Shown in pieces: positions 19,152 to 27,767 of a DNA stretch of 64,000 nt. The position numbers and the translations under genes are program-made. Below the pieces are notes generated by a model. The model made no database searches and was not told the origin of the DNA. It was given only the letters and a program-made list of their open reading frames with translations. The DNA lies in the NCBI GenBank assembly GCA_963602685.1, contig CAVCJG010000001.1:13981-77980 (forward strand), given 5' to 3'. This DNA comes from Eggerthellaceae bacterium (GTDB lineage Bacteria > Bacillota > Clostridia > Christensenellales > UBA1242). Every line of letters begins with the position of its first letter. The stretch's first letter is position 1.

Positions 19152-19229
19152 ATATAAATTCAATTCAACATCGGCGCAATTTAAAATGATATGAACACAA
19201 AAACTTGAATAATATAGTTTGAGGGGAAC

Positions 19230-20705
19230 GTGAAACTAAAAGAACTTTTAAATGTTACAAACAGCGATGAGTTGCCAATGAGCCTGCTTGAAAGAGAAGT
19301 TAAAAACATCAAAATCGACCTTAACAAAATTGAACAAGGCGATGTGTTTTTGCTTTTGAAAGATGACGAGCAGGCGCAATTTAAAATGAAAGAAGCGTTA
19401 AAGGCGGGCGCTGATTTTGTGCTGTCTGGCAACGACTATGGGCTTGATAATTGTTTTGCGATTCGAAATCCCCGCCGTGCTTTTGCGATAATGGAAAAAA
19501 AGTTGCACAACTGCGCATGTGATAATATGAAACTAATTGGCGTCACTGGAACGAATGGAAAGACGACGACCACAAACATAATTTACAACATTTTAAAAGG
19601 CGCGGGTAAAAAGGTTGGAATTATCGGCACGCTTGGATACAAGACCGACGGCGATTGGATAGATACGGGATTCACAACGCCCGACCCAGACATAATGCAC
19701 GACGTGTTTTTAAAGATGTATAACTCAGGCGTTGAGTATGTTGTCATGGAAGTTTCCGCGCACGCACTTGCGCTTGAAAAAATGGAAGGAATCAAGTTTG
19801 ATGTCGGTGTTTTAACAAACATCACTCAAGACCACTTGGACTTTTTTGGCAATATGGAAAATTACACAAATGCGAAATACAAATTTTTTGATGGTAGACA
19901 TTGCCGAAAGGCTGTTGTGTGCAGTGACGGCGTAAACATGAACAAGTTTATAAAAATGTGTGAAGTGCCGGTGATTTCATACGGCATGTATAGCCCTGCT
20001 GACGTGTTTGCGGTTGATGTAAAACAAACGTTTGACGGCAGCAATTTTGTATGCAATGATTGTGACGAAATTGCATTTATCACTACGCCACTTGTGGGGG
20101 AATACAACGTGCAAAACACGTTAGCGGCGATCAGCGCTTGTTCGCTTATTGGAATGGATCTTAAAACTATTGAAAGACAACTTCGCTTTCTTCCGCAAAT
20201 AGATGGCAGATTTGACATTATCCAGCACGCAGGCAAAAAGGTCGTGATTGATTATGCACACACTCCCGACGGTATGGAAAAACTTATTTCGACGGTTCGC
20301 TCTCTAACAAAAGGCAGGGTTTTGACTTTGTTTGGTTGCGGCGGAAATCGTGATGCGATAAAAAGACCAATTATGGGCAAAATAACCACAAAGCTTAGTG
20401 ACAAATGCTTTTTTACTAGTGACAACCCAAGATTTGAAGATCCGTGTGCAATAATTTCGCAGATTGTTCAAGGCGCAGAACGCGACAATTATGTGATTGA
20501 GCCAGACCGCAAAAAAGCCATAAAAATGGCGCTTGATGAAACGGGTGAAAACGATGTTTTGATCATCGCGGGCAAGGGCGCGGAAAAATATCAAGACATA
20601 TGCGGACAAAAACAACCATACGATGATTATAGCCAAGTGTTGTCATATGAACAAGAGCATAGTTTAGTCAAAGCAGAGGAGGCGGAGGTTGATTTTAAGC
20701 GTTAA
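19230..20705 (+). CDS. murE: UDP-MurNAc-L-Ala-D-Glu--2,6-diaminopimelate ligase
   Basis: GVTGTNGKTTTT P-loop and a DNPR motif (TSDNPRFEDP) typical of meso-DAP-adding MurE. GTG start. Confidence 0.9.
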   Translation: MKLKELLNVTNSDELPMSLLEREVKNIKIDLNKIEQGDVFLLLKDDEQAQFKMKEALKAGADFVLSGNDYGLDNCFAIRNPRRAFAIMEKKLHNCACDNMKLIGVTGTNGKTTTTNIIYNILKGAGKKVGIIGTLGYKTDGDWIDTGFTTPDPDIMHDVFLKMYNSGVEYVVMEVSAHALALEKMEGIKFDVGVLTNITQDHLDFFGNMENYTNAKYKFFDGRHCRKAVVCSDGVNMNKFIKMCEVPVISYGMYSPADVFAVDVKQTFDGSNFVCNDCDEIAFITTPLVGEYNVQNTLAAISACSLIGMDLKTIERQLRFLPQIDGRFDIIQHAGKKVVIDYAHTPDGMEKLISTVRSLTKGRVLTLFGCGGNRDAIKRPIMGKITTKLSDKCFFTSDNPRFEDPCAIISQIVQGAERDNYVIEPDRKKAIKMALDETGENDVLIIAGKGAEKYQDICGQKQPYDDYSQVLSYEQEHSLVKAEEAEVDFKR

Positions 20706-21654
20706 AATATTGCTTGTTTTTATAATAAGCCTAACAGTGGGACTAGCCCTTGCGTATCCTGTAATTTTTCTTTGCAAAAAACTTAAAGCGCAGCAAACTG
20801 TTTTGCATTATGTCGAAGCGCATTATTCAAAATCAGGCACGCCTACCATGGGCGGAATCATTTTTATTTTGGCTTCGCTTGTCGGGTGCGCGTGCTTTTT
20901 GTGGGGTGATTGTTTTTATGCGTGGATGAGCATGCTTGTGATGCTTGCGTTTGGGCTGTTAGGATTTTTAGACGATTTTATAAAAGTTCATTTTCATCAA
21001 AATGAAGGGCTGAGTCCGCTTCAAAAAATAATTGGACAAACTGCCATCGCGGCTTTAATAGCTGTGCTAGTTTATTTTCAAATCGGTGGCGAACTGACAT
21101 TTTTTTCACTTAAATTCAATATTGGCTGGGGAATTATTCCTTTCGCCATTGTTGTTATTTTGGCGGTGGTCAATTCGGTCAATTTAACCGATGGCCTTGA
21201 TGGACTTGCCGGCGGGACAAGCTTTGTGTATTTGCTGTTTTTTGGCGCGATTGTCGCGTTGATCGGAGAGCCTCAGCAGTCCAGCCTTTCAGTCGCAGCA
21301 TTTGCAGTTGCAGGTGGAGTGCTTGCATTTTTGGCTGTCAACACGTTTCCGGCAAAAATCTTTATGGGCGACACGGGTTCGTTGGCGCTTGGCGGATTCA
21401 TTGCGTGCTTGGCGTTATTTTCTGGCAAGATTTTGTATATTCCAATTATGGGACTGATGTTTGTGCTTTCGGCGCTTAGCGACATCATTCAAGTCGCGCA
21501 TTACAAGCGCACTCACAAACGCGTGTTTTTAATGGCTCCGCTTCATCATCATTTCGAAAAAAAGGGGGTGCATGAAAATCGCATCGTCACAATATATATA
21601 ATAGTGACAAGCCTTCTCAGTGCGGTTTGTCTTTGTTTAGAAATCGCTTTATAG
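20689..21654 (+). CDS. mraY: Phospho-N-acetylmuramoyl-pentapeptide transferase
   Basis: GTPTMGG, NLTDGLDGLA, MGDTGSLALGG, APLHHHFE motifs in 10 TM segments. Confidence 0.95.
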   Translation: MILSVKILLVFIISLTVGLALAYPVIFLCKKLKAQQTVLHYVEAHYSKSGTPTMGGIIFILASLVGCACFLWGDCFYAWMSMLVMLAFGLLGFLDDFIKVHFHQNEGLSPLQKIIGQTAIAALIAVLVYFQIGGELTFFSLKFNIGWGIIPFAIVVILAVVNSVNLTDGLDGLAGGTSFVYLLFFGAIVALIGEPQQSSLSVAAFAVAGGVLAFLAVNTFPAKIFMGDTGSLALGGFIACLALFSGKILYIPIMGLMFVLSALSDIIQVAHYKRTHKRVFLMAPLHHHFEKKGVHENRIVTIYIIVTSLLSAVCLCLEIAL

Positions 21655-21661
21655 AAGGGGA

Positions 21662-22960
21662 ATGATGAAAAACTTACGCGGCAAAAGAGTTCTTGTTTAT
21701 GGTATGGGAGGCAGTGGAAACAGCGCCTGCCGTTTGCTGCATAAACTTGGAGCCTGCGTAAGCGTGTTTGATGATGACAAAAAATATCGTTCGCTTTTTT
21801 GTTTTGATGAACAGCCGCTTTGTCATAAATATGACCTTGTAGTGGTGTCTCCAGGCATAAAAGTGATTGGAAACACACTTATTTCGGGTTTTAGATCGAA
21901 AAAAACACAAATTATCAGCGAAATTGATTTAGGCAGTCAATTTTGCAAAGGAAAATTGATTGCAATAACTGGAACGAATGGAAAAACAACAACCTGTTCG
22001 CTTTTAGGCAAAATTTTCGAAGAAGCAGGCAAAAAAGTCGCTGTTTGTGGAAACATAGGCTTGCCGATTTCGTCAATCGCGCTTTCGACCGATAAAAAGT
22101 CATTCGTAGTTTGTGAGACGTCAAATTTTCAACTTGAACTTTCTTCGCTTTTCTCTCCAGACATCGCCTGCGTGCTCAACATCGCGCCTGACCACATTGA
22201 CAGGCATGGCACATTTGAAGAATACAAGCGTGTGAAAAACAGCATATTTAAAAATTTTCACAGACAAAACAAAGCGGTTGTCAATCTTGATGACGAAATG
22301 ACGATGAGCCTAGATTTGCCAAAAAATGTGGAATATTTTTCGTTAAATCCGCTAAAAAAGGGCGTTTGCATCAAAAATGGATACATTTATCATGGCAAAA
22401 CCAGAATTGTAGGAACAAGCGACATCTCGCTTTTAGGCGACAAAAATATGTCTAATGTTATGGCGGCGGTCACGATTGCGCTGCTTTGCAAAATAAAAAC
22501 GAAATACATCAGATATGCACTTATGCGCTTTTCGCCACCTGCACACAGACTGCAATTTGTGGGTGAGTTTGGCGGTGTAAGATATATCAACGATTCAAAG
22601 GCTACAAACATCGCGTGCGTGGATATGGCAATCGAAAGTTTGAATGCAAAAAATTTGGTGCTGATGCTTGGCGGGCAAAACAAGGATTTGGATTTTTCAC
22701 TGTTCTTTGCAAGGCATAGCGACATAAAGCAGCTCATCTGTTTTGGACAGGCGGGCGAGCAAATTGCAGAAAGCGCCAAAGCATATGGATACGAGCCGCA
22801 CGTGTTTGACTCTCTTAAAAGTGCAACAAAATTTGCTAAAGAAAACGCGCAAAGGGGCGACACGGTGTTGCTGTCGCCGGGGTGTACAAGTTTTGATGAA
22901 TTCTCTTCATATGCCGTGAGAGGACAAATTTTTATGGAACTGGTGAAAGGTGAAAGTTAA
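21662..22960 (+). CDS. murD: UDP-N-acetylmuramoylalanine--D-glutamate ligase
   Basis: N-terminal Rossmann VYGMGGSGNSA, ITGTNGKTTT P-loop, DSKATN motif. Confidence 0.9.
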   Translation: MMKNLRGKRVLVYGMGGSGNSACRLLHKLGACVSVFDDDKKYRSLFCFDEQPLCHKYDLVVVSPGIKVIGNTLISGFRSKKTQIISEIDLGSQFCKGKLIAITGTNGKTTTCSLLGKIFEEAGKKVAVCGNIGLPISSIALSTDKKSFVVCETSNFQLELSSLFSPDIACVLNIAPDHIDRHGTFEEYKRVKNSIFKNFHRQNKAVVNLDDEMTMSLDLPKNVEYFSLNPLKKGVCIKNGYIYHGKTRIVGTSDISLLGDKNMSNVMAAVTIALLCKIKTKYIRYALMRFSPPAHRLQFVGEFGGVRYINDSKATNIACVDMAIESLNAKNLVLMLGGQNKDLDFSLFFARHSDIKQLICFGQAGEQIAESAKAYGYEPHVFDSLKSATKFAKENAQRGDTVLLSPGCTSFDEFSSYAVRGQIFMELVKGES

Positions 22961-24086
22961 ACGCACTTGTATTTTTGTAGGTATTGTTGTGCTGGGGTTG
23001 GTAGCTTTTGGTGCCATGATGGTTTATTCTGCAAGCAGTTATTCCGCAGCCTATCATTACAACAATCCATATTTTTTCCTTTATAAACAGATTTTTGGTA
23101 TTGTGCTGGGGCTAGCGTGCATGCTGGGGCTAACCTTTTTTGATTATCACAAACTCAAAAAGTTTAAGTGGGTGTTTGTTATCGTTACATGGGTTATGCT
23201 TGCTTTGGTTTTCATTCCGGGCATCGGAACAGAAAGTTATGGCGCAAAAAGATGGCTTTCGATTTTTGGGGTTTCAATTCAGCCGTCAGAAGTCGCAAAG
23301 TTCAGTTTAGTTATATTTTTGGCCGCATATCTTAGTGACAATTACGAAAAAATCAAATCGTTCAAAACGCTGATCGTTCCGCTTTTGGTCGCTGCAAGTT
23401 TTTGCGTGCTTGTGATTTTAGAGCCTTCAATGTCTGTCACAATGTGTCTAGGATTTGTGACGCTGTTTATGTTGATAGCGGGTGGAATAAGCAAAAAGCA
23501 TACAATAATGTTTTCAGTTCCGGCGGCTGCAGCCGTACCACTTTTAATTGCGCTCGAGCCATATCGATTAAAGCGGTTGTTTGCTTTTATCAATCCTTGG
23601 GCATCGCCGCAAGGGGAAGGCTTTCAACTCATTCAGTCACTTTATTCGCTAGGGTCAGGTGGTTGGTTTGGTGTGGGGCTGTTTAACTCAAGACAAAAGT
23701 ATTTGTTCCTGCCATTTGCAGAGTCAGATTTTATTTTTTCTGTGATAGGAGAAGAAATCGGACTTGTCGGGTGCATTTTGCTTATGAGTGCATTTGCTGT
23801 GCTAGTGTGGCTGCTGATAAAAATAGCACTCAACGCTCCTGACAGATTTGGTGCGCTCTTAGCGGGCGGGATCGCATTTATAATCGGAATTCAAGCGCTG
23901 CTTAACATTGCGGTCGTGACAGGTTCAATTCCACCGACGGGATTGCCGCTTCCGTTTATTTCGAGTGGCGGAACGAGCGTTATGATGTTTATGGCAGGCA
24001 TCGGCATTTGCCTAAACGTGGCGAGACAAAGTAAAAGGAAGCCGGAAAGCAGCAAACTATTTAAATTCAAAAAGAGCAGGGTGTAG
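22950..24086 (+). CDS. SEDS-family peptidoglycan polymerase FtsW/SpoVE
   Basis: 378 aa, about 10 TM segments. QPSEVAKF, SDFIFSVIGEE, GLPLPFISSGGTS motifs. It occupies the position of spoVE after murD. Confidence 0.85.
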   Translation: MKVKRTCIFVGIVVLGLVAFGAMMVYSASSYSAAYHYNNPYFFLYKQIFGIVLGLACMLGLTFFDYHKLKKFKWVFVIVTWVMLALVFIPGIGTESYGAKRWLSIFGVSIQPSEVAKFSLVIFLAAYLSDNYEKIKSFKTLIVPLLVAASFCVLVILEPSMSVTMCLGFVTLFMLIAGGISKKHTIMFSVPAAAAVPLLIALEPYRLKRLFAFINPWASPQGEGFQLIQSLYSLGSGGWFGVGLFNSRQKYLFLPFAESDFIFSVIGEEIGLVGCILLMSAFAVLVWLLIKIALNAPDRFGALLAGGIAFIIGIQALLNIAVVTGSIPPTGLPLPFISSGGTSVMMFMAGIGICLNVARQSKRKPESSKLFKFKKSRV

Positions 24087-24108
24087 CCGCCTTGCTTTTT
24101 GTTTTGTT
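24058..24108 (+). repeat. Direct repeat copy 1: last codons, stop and terminator hairpin of ftsW/spoVE
   Basis: ATTTAAATTCAAAAAGAGCAGGGTGTAGCCGCCTTGCTTTTTG. The hairpin AGCAGGG..CCTTGCT plus T-run also acts as the ftsW/spoVE terminator. Confidence 0.8.
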
Positions 24109-24264
24109 AGAAAAAGAAAAATAATATAATAAACATAAAGCTATAATGAAAAGGATTATTATTAAAGATTTAAGTAAGGCAGTGGATTAATTATTTGCCC
24201 GTGCAAAGAATCTAAAAATTAAAATTTTTCTCTCAGACACAGAAGGTTATAAAAAATTAAAAGA

Positions 24265-24293
24265 TTGACAAGACGGGCAACTTGTTATACAAT
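24265..24293 (+). promoter_or_regulatory. Near-consensus sigma-A promoter of the mTERF-like cassette
   Basis: TTGACA - 17 nt - TACAAT. This shows that the ORF-track TTG start at 24265 is spurious. Confidence 0.55.
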
Positions 24294-24309
24294 AGAAACA
24301 GAGGTAAAA

Positions 24310-25383
24310 ATGAATATTAAAGAAATACTAATAAAACATTTCGGTTGGACCGAAAAGGAAATAGAACAGAAGATTAAAATTTTAGAGTCTATATACATTA
24401 AAGACGAAAAAATCGCTTTATCAAAGGCGAAATTCTATAAAGACGAGTTTAATTTAAGAGATGAAGATTTTAACAAGATGTTAAAAACATTGCCAACATT
24501 ATTGAGCTATTCTGAAGATAGTGTAAAAAACAAAGTCGAGTTTTACAAAAAAGAGTTTAACTTAAGAGATGAAGACTTTAATAAGATGTTAAAAACATTG
24601 CCAACATTATTGAGCTATTCTGAAGATAGTGTAAAAAACAAAGTCGAGTTTTACAAAAAAGAGTTTAACTTAAGAGATGAAGATTTTAATAAGATGTTAA
24701 AAACATCGCCAGCATTATTGAACTATTCTGAAGATAGTGTAAAAAACAAAGTCGAGTTTTACAAAAAAGAGTTTAACTTAAGAGATGAAGATTTTAATAA
24801 GATGTTAAAAACATCGCCAGCATTATTGAACTATTCTGAAGATAGTGTAAAAAACAAAGCCGAGTTTTACAAAAAAATGTTTAATTTAAGTAGAGAAGAT
24901 TTTAACAAGATGTTAAAAACATTTCCAGCATTATTGGGCCTTTCTGAAGATAGTGTTAGGGAGAAACAAAAACAGATTAGAGATTTAGGCATTTCAAAAG
25001 AAGTGCTAGTAAATTATCCTTATATAATTACAGTCCCTGTAAATTGCTTGAAAATAAGATATTTGATATTAAGATTAGTAGTTGCGAGAGCCGAATTATT
25101 GTCGAATCCAAGTGTTTTTATTACAAGTCAAAATAAAACATATGCAAGATTAGCGTATTTATCGAGAGAATCAAAAGGCAAAGCAAGGCTTGCAGATTTA
25201 ACGTGCAATGAAAAACAATTTGTAAAAAAACATGGGGTTGAAAGTAAACAGCTTATGGAGAAATATAAAATTAATAAAGAAATAATTGAGGAATTTAAAA
25301 ACATCGTAGAAGAAGAGGAGAAGATAGATTTTACTGGCGAAGAGAAAAAGTTCATTGAAAGAGAATATGGAGGCAAAGAATGA
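24310..25383 (+). CDS. mTERF-like helical-repeat protein (357 aa)
   Basis: ATG at 24310 follows an AGAGG RBS. Repeats of about 36 aa, (E/K)FYKKEFNLRDEDFNKMLKT(L/S)P(T/A)LL(S/N)YSEDSVKNKV, fit the mTERF repeat pattern (P-x-LL-x-x-S-x-x-x-l-x-x-K-v-x-F). Confidence 0.55.
   Translation: MNIKEILIKHFGWTEKEIEQKIKILESIYIKDEKIALSKAKFYKDEFNLRDEDFNKMLKTLPTLLSYSEDSVKNKVEFYKKEFNLRDEDFNKMLKTLPTLLSYSEDSVKNKVEFYKKEFNLRDEDFNKMLKTSPALLNYSEDSVKNKVEFYKKEFNLRDEDFNKMLKTSPALLNYSEDSVKNKAEFYKKMFNLSREDFNKMLKTFPALLGLSEDSVREKQKQIRDLGISKEVLVNYPYIITVPVNCLKIRYLILRLVVARAELLSNPSVFITSQNKTYARLAYLSRESKGKARLADLTCNEKQFVKKHGVESKQLMEKYKINKEIIEEFKNIVEEEEKIDFTGEEKKFIEREYGGKE
24430..24969 (+). repeat. Five tandem 108-bp coding repeats inside the mTERF-like gene
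   Basis: Units start at 24430, 24538, 24646, 24754 and 24862. Units 3 and 4 differ at 1 of 108 nt, and units 2 and 3 at 4 of 108 nt. Confidence 0.9.
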
Positions 25384-25673
25384 ACAAAAAAATCATAAAC
25401 TTTATAAAAAAATATAATATTTCAGATTTAGAAATAGGGGATATTGTAAATATATCTCCGATGATGGAAGTTATAACATATGAGGAATTTATGGAGAATG
25501 TCTCCATACTTACTAAATATGGTTATCCAGAAGAGGATCTAGATTTCTTATTACTTGCGAATCCATATCTCTTTTCAGGTTCTCCAATAGACCTTGAAGC
25601 CGCTTTGTTGGAACTAAAAAACAGAGACGAAAACATAGAAGAGATTTTGAAGAAAAATCCTACAATAATCTAA
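25380..25673 (+). CDS. Small mTERF-like repeat protein (97 aa)
   Basis: ATGA overlap with the upstream gene and a GGAGG RBS. Motifs LTKYGYPEEDLDFLLLANPYLFSGS and IEEILKKNPTII resemble mTERF half-repeats. Confidence 0.45.
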   Translation: MNKKIINFIKKYNISDLEIGDIVNISPMMEVITYEEFMENVSILTKYGYPEEDLDFLLLANPYLFSGSPIDLEAALLELKNRDENIEEILKKNPTII

Positions 25674-25681
25674 AATTTATA

Positions 25682-25731
25682 TATTAAATTTAAAAAGAGC
25701 AGGGTGTAGTCGCCTTGCTTTTTTTTGTTTG
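25682..25731 (+). repeat. Direct repeat copy 2 (relic of the ftsW/spoVE 3' end plus terminator)
   Basis: ATTAAATTTAAAAAGAGCAGGGTGTAGTCGCCTTGCTTTTTTTTG, about 3 differences from copy 1. It also serves as a terminator for the cassette. Confidence 0.8.
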
Positions 25732-25838
25732 AATGTTGACTTAAAGGTGTCTCGTATGATAGAGTAATATTAAAAGAGAAATTTGATATTTTATGTTGTA
25801 CGATAAAATAATTTTATAGCGTGAAACAGGGGGTAACA

Positions 25839-26402
25839 GTGAAAATTTTGATTTGTGGCGTGCCAAAATCCGGGAAAACGACTTTATGTAAACAAATAGG
25901 AAAAGAATTTCCGTCTTTTAATATTATAAGTGGCGAGGCATTAAGAAACGGTTTTCAAAAAATGGATTCGATACATTATAAAGAATGGGGAAATAAGTAT
26001 AGTAAACAAAGAGAAGAAGATTTCCCTACATTTTTAAAAGAATTTACTGCATGGAACGAATTTTTTACTGGCAACAATACGATACTGGATTTAGCAATAT
26101 TAAATCTTAAAGATATTGCGAAAGTCGCAAGTGAAAATGATAAAATTATTTGCCTTGGTTTTGGTGGAAAAGATGAAAAAGAAATGTTTGATATAATTAG
26201 GAGTTACGAACATAAGCAAGACTACACCGCTAATATGTCAAATGAAGATTTGATGAAACTATGGGGCAATATAGCGCAAGAAGATAAAAATAATATAGAT
26301 TTTTGTGATAAAAATAAAATATCTTACTACGACACTAGTTTTGATAGAGAGATTGTTTTTGAAAAGATATTAAAAGATTTAAGCAGTTTAAGCAAGAATT
26401 AA
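25839..26402 (+). CDS. P-loop NTPase / kinase-like protein
   Basis: Walker A ICGVPKSGKTTL. GTG at 25839 follows AGGGGG. The ORF-track start at 25821 is an alternative. No further family motif recognised. Confidence 0.55.
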   Translation: MKILICGVPKSGKTTLCKQIGKEFPSFNIISGEALRNGFQKMDSIHYKEWGNKYSKQREEDFPTFLKEFTAWNEFFTGNNTILDLAILNLKDIAKVASENDKIICLGFGGKDEKEMFDIIRSYEHKQDYTANMSNEDLMKLWGNIAQEDKNNIDFCDKNKISYYDTSFDREIVFEKILKDLSSLSKN

Positions 26403-26476
26403 AATTAACAGAAAATAAGGTTATGAAGACTTTTTTCTATGTATATTTGCGCATAGGTGAATGTTAAAGAGAGCAT

Positions 26477-27001
26477 ATGCAAAAACAACTAAATCATTAT
26501 GAATTTAAAGAAACGCAAAAGCATAATTCAAATGACATAATATTTGTTTTAGATAATTTGGAGCATGAAGAAAATATTGGTTCTGCTTTTAGGCTTGCGG
26601 ATGCGTTTAACATTAAAAAAATCATAATTATTTGCGATAAAGATATAGACATGAAAAAAGTGCAAAAAACAGCCAGAAGTTGCGAGTCGCACATTCAGTA
26701 CTGCATACATAAAAACGTTGGCGACGCGCTCAGCGAAATTGAGCAGTTGCATTATGTGCCAGTAAACATTGAAATAACATCGACGAGCAAGCCGCTTAGA
26801 GATGTTAATTTTGCCAGCTTAGGCAAAGTGGCGCTGATTGTTGGAAATGAAAAGCATGGTGTGAGTGAAGAGATTTTAGAACGCGTGCCGCTGTCTTGTC
26901 ATATTGAAATGTATGGAAACAACTCGTCGATGAATGTGGTGACAAGTTTGGCGATTGCCGCTTACAAAGTTTCAGAAGATTTTATGGCGGCTAAGTTGTA
27001 A
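26477..27001 (+). CDS. SpoU/TrmH-family RNA 2'-O-methyltransferase
   Basis: ENIGSAFRLADAFNI, LIVGNEKHGVSEEIL, SSMNVVTSLAIAAY are the three SPOUT motifs. Confidence 0.8.
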   Translation: MQKQLNHYEFKETQKHNSNDIIFVLDNLEHEENIGSAFRLADAFNIKKIIIICDKDIDMKKVQKTARSCESHIQYCIHKNVGDALSEIEQLHYVPVNIEITSTSKPLRDVNFASLGKVALIVGNEKHGVSEEILERVPLSCHIEMYGNNSSMNVVTSLAIAAYKVSEDFMAAKL

Positions 27002-27083
27002 TTTCGGATTTGACTTTTCATGTGCCCGCAAAACAACGCAATGCGATTTTGCGTGGAAAATGGAATGTAATTTAAAGTTGCAT

Positions 27084-27116
27084 AGAAGCGAAGAAGACTC
27101 TTTGCTTCTTTTTTAA
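27084..27116 (+). terminator. Intrinsic terminator after the SpoU-family gene
   Basis: 10-bp stem GAAGCGAAGA/TCTTTGCTTC, loop AGAC, T-run. Confidence 0.7.
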
Positions 27117-27168
27117 ATTGACAATTTTGGCCGGTTATGTTATTTTTTAAGCAGGGAGGAAATTAGTT

Positions 27169-27720
27169 TTGGATATAGAATTAAACAACAAAGAATTAGA
27201 TAGGCTTTTTGAAGAAACAATAAAAAATTTAGATAAGATGCAAGAGTCTATTACTTTTAATTTATATGAAGACGCAGATGCATATTCGATGGAAGCGACT
27301 TTTGATGATGAAGAAGTTGTGTTATGCCGAGACAATCCCGCCGTTCTTTGTTCCAACGAAATTGATTATAAAAAGGTTATCAAACAGATAAGACAAGAAA
27401 TTAAAAGTTTCGTTGAGAAAAACAAAGCGCAATTAAAAAGGGCGAAAGAAATTTCGTTTGGATTTGTTGACGGAGATTTGTATTATGTAAAACGTGCAAA
27501 AAGATCTCCACGCGAATATAAAAAATTTACGATAGAAGACTTTAAGGACTTTGACGCCACCAGACTTTTGGCATGGATCAAGGTTTATATGACAGATGAG
27601 GCAAAAGCAAAATACAAACCGCCATTGTTTTCAAAGGGCATTTCAAGATGGAAAATGAAAAAGTGGAAGCGAATTTTAGTGGAAAACTTTGATTATGAAA
27701 AATATTACAGCAACTACTAA
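27169..27720 (+). CDS. Hypothetical protein (183 aa)
   Basis: Clean ORF with a GGGAGGA RBS, an acidic N-terminal half and a basic C-terminal half. No motif recognised. Confidence 0.5.
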   Translation: MDIELNNKELDRLFEETIKNLDKMQESITFNLYEDADAYSMEATFDDEEVVLCRDNPAVLCSNEIDYKKVIKQIRQEIKSFVEKNKAQLKRAKEISFGFVDGDLYYVKRAKRSPREYKKFTIEDFKDFDATRLLAWIKVYMTDEAKAKYKPPLFSKGISRWKMKKWKRILVENFDYEKYYSNY

Positions 27721-27767
27721 GATTTACATATTAAAGGTTAGATTTTTCATCATTTAAGGAGCGAAAC

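Noticed and set aside
24430-24969. A possible CRISPR array or minisatellite
   Set aside because: The repeats are contiguous 108-bp units with no spacers, and they stay in frame within a protein-coding gene. They are a coding tandem repeat, not a CRISPR array.
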